Shown here piece by piece: positions 10,768-19,502 of a DNA stretch of 56,400 bases (positions within the stretch are counted from its first letter, which is position 1; every line of letters begins with the position of its first letter). The stretch covers positions 1-56,400 of the forward strand of contig DAOUVS010000001.1 of assembly GCA_030667525.1 (NCBI GenBank). Direction: 5' to 3'. The notes beneath the pieces were generated by a model that did no database searches, was not told where the DNA came from, and saw only the letters and a list, made by a program, of their open reading frames with translations. Position numbers and translations under genes: made by a program. The stretch comes from Candidatus Zixiibacteriota bacterium. Its GTDB lineage: Bacteria; Zixibacteria; MSB-5A5; GN15; PGXB01.

Positions 10768-12135
10768 TTGAGAAGAATGTCTTGGCATAGTTTTTGGGTA
10801 GAAATGATGAATCTGAAACCTGAGCAGCAAATACGTCCCGTTCAGCGACTGACCAGACCCTTTCGGCGTTTCATTCATTTGGAAGCCTCCGGCGGGATGG
10901 TTCTTCTTGGTTGCACTATTGTTGCACTATTGATTGCCAACTCTCCTTTTGCTTCATCATATCATGCGTTTTGGAACCAATTGCTGAGTTTTACTTTGGG
11001 TGAATCTAGGATATCTTATCCATTGTGGTATTGGGTGAACGATGGCCTAATGGTTATCTTTTTCTTCGTAATTGGTTTGGAATTGAAGCGTGAACTTACG
11101 ACTGGGGAGCTTAGTGAAAAGCGTAAAATTATCTTACCCGCCGCAGCTGCAATAGGCGGAGCCATTATACCAGCAATCATCTTTCTGGTACTACAACAGG
11201 GCGAACCGTCACAGTCCGGCTGGGCCATACCAATGGCAACTGATATTGCCTTTGTTGTCGGCGTTCTGAGTCTATTGAGTAAACGGGTTCCGCATAGTCT
11301 CAAGATATTCCTTCTATCTGTGGCTATAGTCGATGATCTTCTGGCAGTTTCAGTTATTGCTATATTCTTTACCGAGACCATAAACTTCATGTGGCTTGCA
11401 ATGTCTGTATGTGGATTCGGCGTGATTGTGCTTATGAATAAATTGGGCATAAGAATGATTGCAATTTATGTATTGGTTGGATGTGCGCTATGGCTATTTA
11501 CCCTCAAATCAGGAATTCATCCTACCATCGCCGGAGTAATCCTGGGTTTGATGACACCGGCGACCAGTTTATTGGACAGGAAATCAGCGAGAGACGCGCT
11601 GGAATCGCTTAGATTAGAATTCTCTAAGAACGATCAGAATGGCATAAATAAAGCTGACGTTGGTATGTCCGATGTAGTTCAATTCACGGTGAGAGAATCA
11701 ATTTCTCCTCTTGAACGTCTTGAAACAGCTCTTCATCCGTGGGTAGTATTTGTCATTATGCCCCTTTTTGCTCTGGCCAACGCTGCCGTTTCACTTGACA
11801 TATCCAGTCTTGGGGCGTCATTATCGATTGCCGTCATACTTGGATTAGTAATTGGTAAACCTTTAGGAATTCTTCTGACCTCATATTTAGTTATTACAGT
11901 TGGTTGGACAAAGCTACCTGAAAATGTGAGTTGGTTAACGATGATTGGAGCTGGGCTACTTGCCGGCATAGGTTTTACAATGTCATTATTTATTGCATCA
12001 CTTGCTCTTGAAGGGAACCTTTTGGAAATTGCAAAGGGAGGAGTACTTATTGGATCTGGTATAAGCATGCTTCTGGGATTAGGTTTCTTGTTGATATCTC
12101 TAAGGAGAAGAGGGTCCAAATCATATAATGTATAG
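10768..12135 (+). CDS. nhaA: Na+/H+ antiporter NhaA
   Basis: Multi-TM protein with the NhaA signature WVNDGLMVIFFFVIGLELKREL and AIPMATDIAF. The track start at 10768 is TTG; the true start may be the ATG at 10777 or at 10804/10807. Confidence 0.9.
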   Translation: MRRMSWHSFWVEMMNLKPEQQIRPVQRLTRPFRRFIHLEASGGMVLLGCTIVALLIANSPFASSYHAFWNQLLSFTLGESRISYPLWYWVNDGLMVIFFFVIGLELKRELTTGELSEKRKIILPAAAAIGGAIIPAIIFLVLQQGEPSQSGWAIPMATDIAFVVGVLSLLSKRVPHSLKIFLLSVAIVDDLLAVSVIAIFFTETINFMWLAMSVCGFGVIVLMNKLGIRMIAIYVLVGCALWLFTLKSGIHPTIAGVILGLMTPATSLLDRKSARDALESLRLEFSKNDQNGINKADVGMSDVVQFTVRESISPLERLETALHPWVVFVIMPLFALANAAVSLDISSLGASLSIAVILGLVIGKPLGILLTSYLVITVGWTKLPENVSWLTMIGAGLLAGIGFTMSLFIASLALEGNLLEIAKGGVLIGSGISMLLGLGFLLISLRRRGSKSYNV

Positions 12136-12574
12136 TTTTATAAATATTGGCGGTTTTGTTTGTCGAAATTGTGTCTGAGGTGGTGACCGCCGCCGAAGTA
12201 GTAAATACAATTCTGAAGATGAATAATATTGATAGATGATTTCAGGGTAACATGCTGTCAGGTCACACCCTCAATTCTTTCGGCCAAGACCTGACAGAAC
12301 TATATATCCAATAAAATGATAATTCCTTGTAACTTTATCACCTCCATGTAATTACAGCAAAATGGGTTCCCTCCAGAGGCGGACAGGCGTTTTGTCATAT
12401 TTCTATTTTTCACGACAATTTCGTTTAACAAAATGGCTTCGTTTCGTCAGGAAAAAGTTTTTTATCTACCAGCCTTCCTGCAAATTGCAATTTATATTTT
12501 TGTATCATTGACATCATAATTAAGGAAAGCGGGATGAATCAACGGTGATTTGATAGTGAATTTGTTTTGATAGC

Positions 12575-12610
12575 CCCCTCGGGCAGATGTGGACATCTGC
12601 CGCGCACAAA
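12575..12610. repeat. GC-rich hairpin element, copy 1
   Basis: ccctcgGGCAGATGtggaCATCTGCCgcgcacaaa: an 8-bp perfect stem (12582-12589 / 12594-12601) with a 4-nt loop. Confidence 0.85.
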
Positions 12611-12866
12611 TCACCTCCATGTAATTACGGCAAAATGGGTTCCCTCCAGAGGCGGACAGGCGTTTTGTCATATTTCTATTTTTCACGACAATTTCGTTTA
12701 ACAAAATGGCTTTCCTCCTTTGAAGGACAAGCGTTTCGTCAGGAAAAAGTTTTTTATCTACCAGCCTTCTTGCAAATTGTAATTTATGTTTATGTATCAT
12801 TGACATCATAATTATGTAAAGCGGGATGAATCAACGGTGATTCGATGGTGAATTTGTTTTGATAGC

Positions 12867-12902
12867 CCCCTCGGGCAGATGAGGACATCTGCCGCGCACA
12901 AA
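12867..12902. repeat. GC-rich hairpin element, copy 2
   Basis: ccctcgGGCAGATGaggaCATCTGCCgcgcacaaa: the same stem as copy 1, with one loop base different. Confidence 0.85.
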
Positions 12903-12923
12903 TGGGTAATCCAAAAAAGTTAC

Positions 12924-12956
12924 GCCGGGGCAGACGAGGCGTCTGCCGCCCACAGA
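12924..12956. repeat. GC-rich hairpin element, copy 3
   Basis: gccggGGCAGACGaggCGTCTGCCgcccacaga. The stem differs from copies 1/2 at a paired position on both arms (AT/AT becomes AC/GT), so pairing is kept. Confidence 0.8.
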
Positions 12957-13044
12957 TTTCGACCGCTCCGAATCAGGTTTTATATGGACATAGATACATA
13001 TGTTGCTATCTTGTATATTGATATATAATAACATAATAAAGGAA

Positions 13045-13073
13045 GGGGCAGACGAGGCCTGCCGCCCACGAAA
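13045..13073. repeat. GC-rich hairpin element, copy 4 (degenerate), abutting the start codon of the next gene
   Basis: ggGGCAGacgaggcCTGCCgcccacgaa. It matches copy 3 except for a 2-nt deletion in the 3' arm. It ends 3 nt before the ATG at 13076. Confidence 0.7.
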
Positions 13074-13075
13074 TT

Positions 13076-14203
13076 ATGTCCAAATTGATAACACCAATAA
13101 AAATGGCAATTGAAGCTGAAGCGCGGGTTTTTAGCGACAATAATTTTAGGTATTCTGCATTATTTGAAAAATCATGTTTCGATTATTTCAATAATAATTA
13201 TATGGACCATGAAAATATCAATACATGTTTTATAGAAATGGGCGTTTTCTGGCATAGATTTGATGGTCTTATTATTCGTCCGTATCCTTATCAGCGGGTT
13301 TCAAGAGCGCTCCAAGGAATAATAAATATTGCTGAAAAATGGGAATTAATTAATCCAGGGAAAAGGCTCCATAAGGGAACACCATATTATTTTTATGGAG
13401 TGATTTGTATTTTGCAGGGCGATATAGATCAAGGTCTATTATCAATGCACCAAGCATATAGGGAAGATATTTTATCAAATTTTACTGATATAAACAAACC
13501 TGCACGATCCTTTATATCATTAAATGTTGATAATAAATATCAATTCTTTCGTCAAAAAGTTGTTGAAGTTACTGATTTTTTGGAGGAATTGCTGAAAAAT
13601 TACTGCAAATATAATAGTTCAAAATTCTCATTAAGCAGTTTAAGGAAATGTTTTCTTGATAATTCACTGTATAATAATGAAGCATATTATTTTATTTATT
13701 GCCTATTTAAAATTCAGAAACTCATTAAACATGTTAATGCAAATATCCGCAAAAATGAATTGGCATCATACATTGAAACATCTTCAATTTTTGAGTTATG
13801 CAAATTATCAGAGGTCTTGGTTAGGAAAATTTATAAAGATGAAGAGAGTAGGTGTGGGTATAATCTTGGCAAAAAGCCAAGCTTTACTCATTTTTTAGAA
13901 TGCTTTTGCAGGGATGATCAAATAAAATTAAATTTAACGCAAAAAATTCTTACCGATACAAATAATAATAAGTTTAATCAAGACCTAGACAAAACAATAT
14001 CCTCACTATTGAATAATGACTTGTCAATTAAAATAGGTTCTTCAAAATTACAGCCAATTGAATGTTCAATCTTATTGGCATATTGCCTCAGAAATTTTGG
14101 GGGCCATAAAATTGAAGATCAAAAAGTAATATATCAAAATTTTGACTCGATTATGGAATCTCTTTTCTATACAATTTTCTTTATAATCGAAAAGAAGTTA
14201 TAA
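13076..14203 (+). CDS. Orphan AT-rich protein with C-terminal RNxxxH (HEPN-like) motif; possible abortive-infection/toxin RNase
   Basis: 375-aa ORF with no recognisable SD. Composition is very AT-rich: my hand counts of two 60-nt lines gave 23/60 and 11/60 G+C, against 28/60 in a line of the next gene. The motif LRNFGGHKIED at residues ~330-340 fits the HEPN Rx4-6H signature. Nothing else is recognisable. Confidence 0.6.
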   Translation: MSKLITPIKMAIEAEARVFSDNNFRYSALFEKSCFDYFNNNYMDHENINTCFIEMGVFWHRFDGLIIRPYPYQRVSRALQGIINIAEKWELINPGKRLHKGTPYYFYGVICILQGDIDQGLLSMHQAYREDILSNFTDINKPARSFISLNVDNKYQFFRQKVVEVTDFLEELLKNYCKYNSSKFSLSSLRKCFLDNSLYNNEAYYFIYCLFKIQKLIKHVNANIRKNELASYIETSSIFELCKLSEVLVRKIYKDEESRCGYNLGKKPSFTHFLECFCRDDQIKLNLTQKILTDTNNNKFNQDLDKTISSLLNNDLSIKIGSSKLQPIECSILLAYCLRNFGGHKIEDQKVIYQNFDSIMESLFYTIFFIIEKKL

Positions 14204-14243
14204 GATAGAAAAGATTCTATTGGCCGATCATTAACTTATTAAA

Positions 14244-14272
14244 TTGACTTTGGATGTTTATCCAAATATTAT
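14244..14272 (+). promoter_or_regulatory. Sigma70-like promoter with palindromic spacer upstream of 14312 gene
   Basis: TTGACT (14244-14249), a 17-nt spacer, then TATTAT (14267-14272). The spacer contains the palindrome ttggat-gttt-atccaa (14250-14265). Confidence 0.4.
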
Positions 14273-14311
14273 CTAATTATAAATAATTTAACTGATACGT
14301 AGATATGGTAT

Positions 14312-17272
14312 ATGAAACCTGAAATTGATTTAAGAGATTTTGAAAAAGGGTCGGCGCGGTTTGATTCGCTGATGCCGTATAAAGTCAAGGATATTCTCCT
14401 TGTCTCAAGCCTGTATGATATGTATATCCTGCGCGAGGATGGCCAACTGGCTTATATGGTTTTATCAGAATATGCCGAGTTTAATCTGTCCAATGCTCCG
14501 GCTATCAGAAGGGTCGGCTCGGGTGAAGAGGCGCTTGAGGCCTTAAATGACAGAAAATTCGATCTGATCATAATTTTTCGTTCTCTGGTTGATATTGATT
14601 CGGTTGCCTTCAGTCGCAAGGCGAAACTGCTCTGTCCAAATATTCCGATTATCCTTCTGGCGTTTCATACGCGGGAACTGGAGATCATGAGAGAGAAGGG
14701 CGGGTATCTCGGTTTTGATAAAGCATTTATCTGGAGTGGTGAATCGAAAATATTTCTGGCTATTATCAAATATATTGAAGACAAGAAGAATGTGGAAGCC
14801 GATACTGCGCTGGTCGGTGTCCGGGTGATTATTTTGGTCGAAGATTCGGTTCGGTTTTATTCGTCATATTTACCGTTGATATACACCGAAATTATGCGTC
14901 AGACAGCCGATTTGATGTCGGAAAGTGTTAACCTTGCCCATCGATTGCTGCGGATGCGAGCGCGCCCGAAGATTTTATTGGCCGACAATTTTGAGGAAGG
15001 GTTACAGCTTTTTAAGAAATACAAGAAGTATCTACTTGGACTGATATCGGATATTCAATTTTCAAAGGATGGGCAGGATGATGCCACCGCTGGAATTCAA
15101 CTGGTTGAAGAATTAAAAAAGGAGATGGCGGATCTTCCGGTTCTGCTGCAGTCATCCGACAGCAGTAAGGCTGAATTGGCGGCATCCTGCAACGCCTGCT
15201 TTTTGAATAAAAGATCACCGACGTTATTAAATGAATTGAGCGCTTTTGTTAAACAGAATTTCGGATTTGGTGATTTTGTCTTCAGGCTGCCTGATGGGAC
15301 CGAGCTTGCCAGAGCGAATAATTTCCGTACAATGGAAAAATGTTTGGCCGAAGTTGATTCCGAATCGCTGGTTTACCACGCCAACAATAATCATTACTCT
15401 AACTGGCTATTGGCCCGAACCGAATTTGATCTGGCGCTGCGATTGCGCCCCAGAAAAGCAACAGAGTTTAGCAACAATGACGAATTGCGTGCTTTTCTAA
15501 TGAGTACTTTCCGTGATTTTCGACATGAAAAACAGATGGGTGTTGTTACCGATTTTTCGCGGGAGAACTTTGACAGTCAGGCCGAATTTGTCAGAATTGG
15601 CGAAGGTTCTCTCGGTGGGAAGGGCCGTGGATTGGCCTTTGTTAATAGCCTTCTCAATCGATATCATGTTCACAATGCTTTTGAAGGAGTTAATATAACG
15701 GTGCCTCCATCGGCTGTCATTGGAACTTCCGGTTTTGATTTGTTTATGGAGAACAATAATCTTACTAATTTTGCTCTTGGTGACCGGACTGACGAGGAAA
15801 TTGCCAAAGCATTTATAAAAGCGAGTCTGCCGCATGATCTCACCGAGGATCTCAAAGCATTTCTGGCTGTAACCGAATATCCTCTGGCGGTCAGATCATC
15901 GTCGCTTCTTGAGGATTCGCATTATCAGCCGTTTGCAGGAATTTTTGATACTCATTTTTTACCGAATAATGCATCATCATTTGAAGGGCGACTGGAACGG
16001 CTTGAGGCGGCGATCAAGTACATCTATGCTTCAGTGTTCTTAAGGAATTCTAAAAATTATATTGAAGCAACCGGCAATCGAACCGAGGAAGAAAAGATGG
16101 CTATTGTCCTGCAAAAATTAGTCGGTCAAAACCATAACGGCTATTTTTATCCGGTTATTTCCGGTATTGCACGGTCATATAATTTTTATTCGGTGGGACG
16201 AATCAAACCGGAAGAGGGGATAGCTTATGTCGCCCTCGGATTGGGGCGGACAGTTGTGGAAGGGGATAATTGCTTATTCTTTTCGCCGTCGAATCCACAG
16301 GTTTTGCCTCAGTTTTCTACTGCGCAGGATTATTTGAAAAAATCACAGCATGAGTTTTTTGCGGTTGATATGCATGATCCCGATGTCTTCCCGGAACCGG
16401 GGGGAGAGGTTGGACAAATTAAATTGCATATGGTCGAGGCCGAGGATCATGATGTGCTGAAATATATCGGCTCGACATATTCGGCAGATAACGATCGGAT
16501 CTATTCCGGTGTCGGCCGCAAGGGCGCCCGTATTATAACTTTCGAGCCTATTTTAAAGTCGAAAATATTCCCGCTTGATGAAATAATAAAGTTTTTATTG
16601 CAGCTTGGCAGCAGTGCCATGAATGTTCCGGTGGAAATGGAATTTGCGGCTGAACTTAATTCCGATCCGGGCAGGAGCGATGAATTTCAGTTTCTTCAGA
16701 TTCGCCCGATGGCGGTTGAAACAACGCTGGAAGATATATCGTTGTTTGATGGTGACTACGACAAGATTCTATGCAAATCAGACCAGGCATTAAGTAATGG
16801 CCGGATGACGAATATTCAAGATATTGTTTATATCCGAACCGACAATTTTGATCGTTCCAATACCGTTAAGATTGCCCAAGAGGTCGGTCGGTTTAATGAA
16901 TTTTTTAAGGAAAAAGATATTCCTTATATGCTAATCGGTCCGGGTCGCTGGGGAACTTCTGATCGCTGGCTTGGTATTCCCACTCAATGGCGGCAGATTT
17001 CATCGGCGCAGGTGATTGTCGAAGCGGCTTACGGTGATTTTGTCGTTGAGCCGTCATTCGGAACTCATTTTTTCCAAAACCTGATTACATTTCAAATCGG
17101 ATATATGACTATTAATAAGACCGATCAAAATAACTTTATCGATTGGGATTGGTTAAATTCAATCTCCGCAGTAAAAGAAACTAAGAATATCAGGCATGTT
17201 CATCTGCCACAGCCGCTGCTTATTCTATTTGATGGTCGCAACGGCAAAGCAGTTGTATTTAAGCGGGACTAA
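14312..17272 (+). CDS. Receiver-domain protein fused to a PEP/pyruvate-binding (PPDK_N-type ATP-grasp) domain
   Basis: 986 aa. The N-terminus holds a degenerate receiver (KDILLVSSLYD) followed by a canonical-looking receiver (VRVIILVEDS...LLGLISDIQF). The central segment GEGSLGGKGRGLAFVN...AVRSSSLLEDS resembles the nucleotide-binding domain of PEP synthase/PPDK. I could not find a TSH phosphohistidine swivel motif. Confidence 0.7.
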   Translation: MKPEIDLRDFEKGSARFDSLMPYKVKDILLVSSLYDMYILREDGQLAYMVLSEYAEFNLSNAPAIRRVGSGEEALEALNDRKFDLIIIFRSLVDIDSVAFSRKAKLLCPNIPIILLAFHTRELEIMREKGGYLGFDKAFIWSGESKIFLAIIKYIEDKKNVEADTALVGVRVIILVEDSVRFYSSYLPLIYTEIMRQTADLMSESVNLAHRLLRMRARPKILLADNFEEGLQLFKKYKKYLLGLISDIQFSKDGQDDATAGIQLVEELKKEMADLPVLLQSSDSSKAELAASCNACFLNKRSPTLLNELSAFVKQNFGFGDFVFRLPDGTELARANNFRTMEKCLAEVDSESLVYHANNNHYSNWLLARTEFDLALRLRPRKATEFSNNDELRAFLMSTFRDFRHEKQMGVVTDFSRENFDSQAEFVRIGEGSLGGKGRGLAFVNSLLNRYHVHNAFEGVNITVPPSAVIGTSGFDLFMENNNLTNFALGDRTDEEIAKAFIKASLPHDLTEDLKAFLAVTEYPLAVRSSSLLEDSHYQPFAGIFDTHFLPNNASSFEGRLERLEAAIKYIYASVFLRNSKNYIEATGNRTEEEKMAIVLQKLVGQNHNGYFYPVISGIARSYNFYSVGRIKPEEGIAYVALGLGRTVVEGDNCLFFSPSNPQVLPQFSTAQDYLKKSQHEFFAVDMHDPDVFPEPGGEVGQIKLHMVEAEDHDVLKYIGSTYSADNDRIYSGVGRKGARIITFEPILKSKIFPLDEIIKFLLQLGSSAMNVPVEMEFAAELNSDPGRSDEFQFLQIRPMAVETTLEDISLFDGDYDKILCKSDQALSNGRMTNIQDIVYIRTDNFDRSNTVKIAQEVGRFNEFFKEKDIPYMLIGPGRWGTSDRWLGIPTQWRQISSAQVIVEAAYGDFVVEPSFGTHFFQNLITFQIGYMTINKTDQNNFIDWDWLNSISAVKETKNIRHVHLPQPLLILFDGRNGKAVVFKRD

Positions 17273-17284
17273 TATTATTTATGA

Positions 17285-17983
17285 TTATTCATCTGGTGTA
17301 AACTTATACCCGACACTGCGAATGGTATGAATATATTTCGGTTTTGACGGATCAGGTTCGAATATTTTCCGAAGTTTGACAATAAAGTTATCAACGGTGC
17401 GGCTGGTTGGATAGGCATCATAACCCCAGACAACATCGAGAATCATATCCCGGTCGACGACCTCATTGATGTGTTCGGAAAATAGTTTCATAATCATACA
17501 TTCTTTTTGCGATAAATCAAATTCACCGGAAATCCCTTTGGCTCGGTATGAATCAAAATCAACCCAATTAGATCCAAACTTATATTGTTGTGATGTCGTT
17601 GAGATATTTCCATACCAAACCTGTCTTCTGAACATCGCCGCTATTCTCAATAGTAATTCTTTTAGATTAAACGGTTTGGTGATATAATCATCGCCGCCAG
17701 CCTCAAACCCGGCGACCCGATCATCGCCTCGGTCTCGGGCGGTTAGGAAAAGTATGGGAACCCAGCCCGATTCTTTTCTTATAATTTGACAAACTTCAAG
17801 GCCGCTTTTGCCCGGTAACATCACATCAAGAACAATTAAATCAAAGGCACCTTTGCGCCACATTTCTAATGCAATATTGCCATCAGGCGCAATTACAACC
17901 TTATAACCTGCCGCCTCAAGATTAATTTGCAATCCGTCGGCGATATGCTCTTCGTCCTCTACAACCAGAATTCTTTTTTTCAT
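17285..17983 (-). CDS. OmpR-family response regulator
   Basis: 232 aa. The receiver reads ILVVEDEEHIADGL...DLIVLDVMLPGKSG...ARD. The C-terminal winged helix reads TSRTVDNFIVKLRKIFEPDPSKPKYIHTIRSVGYKF. Confidence 0.9.
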   Translation of the reverse strand: MKKRILVVEDEEHIADGLQINLEAAGYKVVIAPDGNIALEMWRKGAFDLIVLDVMLPGKSGLEVCQIIRKESGWVPILFLTARDRGDDRVAGFEAGGDDYITKPFNLKELLLRIAAMFRRQVWYGNISTTSQQYKFGSNWVDFDSYRAKGISGEFDLSQKECMIMKLFSEHINEVVDRDMILDVVWGYDAYPTSRTVDNFIVKLRKIFEPDPSKPKYIHTIRSVGYKFTPDE

Positions 17984-19323
17984 TTTGTCACCATTGGGAG
18001 TTCAATTATAAAAGAAGTTCCTTTATCTATCCCGGCTGACTGCGCCTTGATTGTACCGCGATGCGCTTTTATAATTTGTTCGGCAATAAAAAGCCCCAGC
18101 CCGGTTCCTTTAATTGTTTCAGTCTTACTATTGCTGATACGGTAAAAGCGATCAAAAATATTTTTGAGTTCACCGCTTTTGATACCAAACCCGGAATCGA
18201 TTATTGTGATTGAAGCGCAATTATTTTGACCAATCAGTCTTACTTCGAGAACTTTTCTATCCGGCGGTGAATATTTTAATGCATTTTCAATCACAGTTTT
18301 AATTGCTCGATTTAATTCATCACTGTTGGCGCGAATTATAATTCCATCGTCAATCTCTCGCTTAAGGATACCATTTTGTTGGCTGATATTATTTTCGAAA
18401 CCGTTTAGGAAATCATTGAGGTTGTTCGATAAATTTATTTCGGATAAATCCATTTTGGAATTGATAGAATCGAGCCGGCTGGCTCCAAGAACATCATCAA
18501 CCATTTCATCGAGCCGGTCACAATCGACAATCATTTTATTGTAAATCTCATCTGTTTTAGAACTGTCTATATTTCCGCTCTGGAGTGTTTCCAGATATAG
18601 GCGAATTGATGTCAGCGGAGTTTTTAATTCGTGAGTCATAGCATGCATAAAATTGGTTTGGCGGGCTTTTAACTCTTCTGTCTTTTGCAGCGCCCGGTAT
18701 ATCAGATATGCCCCAAGTATCATAATAAGCAGGAATATTGAGCCCTCCGAAGCGAACATTTTAACCGCCCGGTGGGAGTTATCTTTTAAGTGTTCAATTG
18801 TTTGAGGCGAAATAGTGATATTGTTTTGATCGATCCATATTCCATTTTGGCCATTATGCGGAACTGAAAAATCTATCATGAAATCGTCGGCATCATCATC
18901 AAAAAGAGTAACAATAAATTGCTTGCTAAAATATATAGTAAATCCATCTTCAATGGTCGCATATAGGGTAGAGTCAATTTCACCCGCAGTTAGTTTTCCC
19001 CCCCGGTTCGTGACATATGAGTATCCCAAAACGGCACGGTTTTCCTTAATAGGTTCGAGAAGCCCAATCAACTTTTTTGGATCGATTTGAGCGGATGCGA
19101 TGGCGTGGGCATGATCGACAATTTGGCAAAACATATTGTTGACCAGTTCGGAAACCGTTTCGATTTTTTGTTCTCTGTTACTTATTTGATTTTCTAATCT
19201 ATCGGAACTTTGCTCGATCTGAAAAATTACCCACCAGGTCAACTGGGCAATACAGAAAATTACCAGGGCGACAAAAACAATAAAGCCGAATTTTATATTT
19301 TTCGATGAATTGTCCAATAACAC
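17980..19323 (-). CDS. Sensor histidine kinase
   Basis: 447 aa with two TM segments flanking a periplasmic domain. It has the H-box MTHELKTPLTSI and HATPase N/G boxes (NALKYSP, DSGFGI, GTGLGLFIA). It overlaps the regulator gene by 4 nt. The start is GTG. Confidence 0.9.
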   Translation of the reverse strand: MLLDNSSKNIKFGFIVFVALVIFCIAQLTWWVIFQIEQSSDRLENQISNREQKIETVSELVNNMFCQIVDHAHAIASAQIDPKKLIGLLEPIKENRAVLGYSYVTNRGGKLTAGEIDSTLYATIEDGFTIYFSKQFIVTLFDDDADDFMIDFSVPHNGQNGIWIDQNNITISPQTIEHLKDNSHRAVKMFASEGSIFLLIMILGAYLIYRALQKTEELKARQTNFMHAMTHELKTPLTSIRLYLETLQSGNIDSSKTDEIYNKMIVDCDRLDEMVDDVLGASRLDSINSKMDLSEINLSNNLNDFLNGFENNISQQNGILKREIDDGIIIRANSDELNRAIKTVIENALKYSPPDRKVLEVRLIGQNNCASITIIDSGFGIKSGELKNIFDRFYRISNSKTETIKGTGLGLFIAEQIIKAHRGTIKAQSAGIDKGTSFIIELPMVTK

Positions 19324-19502
19324 CTCATTCTATTATTTATGGGATTAATTTAATCCCCTGCCTCCATTGTGACAACAGATTTGTTGCAGTAATAATAATA
19401 TTTTTGTGGGAACAAATTTCAATTATCGACTGTTTTGATTGATAATTGGTAGTAATAAAATAGTTTAAATTATAATCGCTTAATCCGAAAGGGAAATTAA
19501 TT

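Larger units (their letters stand above)
12338..12902. repeat. Tandem direct duplication of a non-coding unit (273 bp + 292 bp)
   Basis: Copy 1 (12338-12610) and copy 2 (12611-12902) both run from tcacctccatgtaattac... to ...ctgccgcgcacaaa. They differ by a few substitutions and a 19-bp indel (ttcctcctttgaaggacaag-type insert near 12709-12730). No reading frame is conserved between the copies. Confidence 0.9.

Noticed and set aside
12492-13034. ORFs inside the repeat islet: 12492-12809 minus (105 aa), 12587-12811 plus (74 aa) and 12831-13034 minus (67 aa).
   Set aside because: They run across repeat-unit boundaries. The 19-bp indel between the two copies destroys any shared reading frame: the copy-1 equivalent of the 105-aa ORF stops after ~30 codons. 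Their odd peptides (e.g. GRCPHLPEG, GGRRLVCP) are simply translations of the GC-rich hairpins.
12575-13073. CRISPR array interpretation of the four hairpin repeats.
   Set aside because: There are only four copies with irregular spacing (about 292, 55 and 120 nt). Two of the 'spacers' are themselves copies of each other. The copies are not identical, and no cas genes are in the window.
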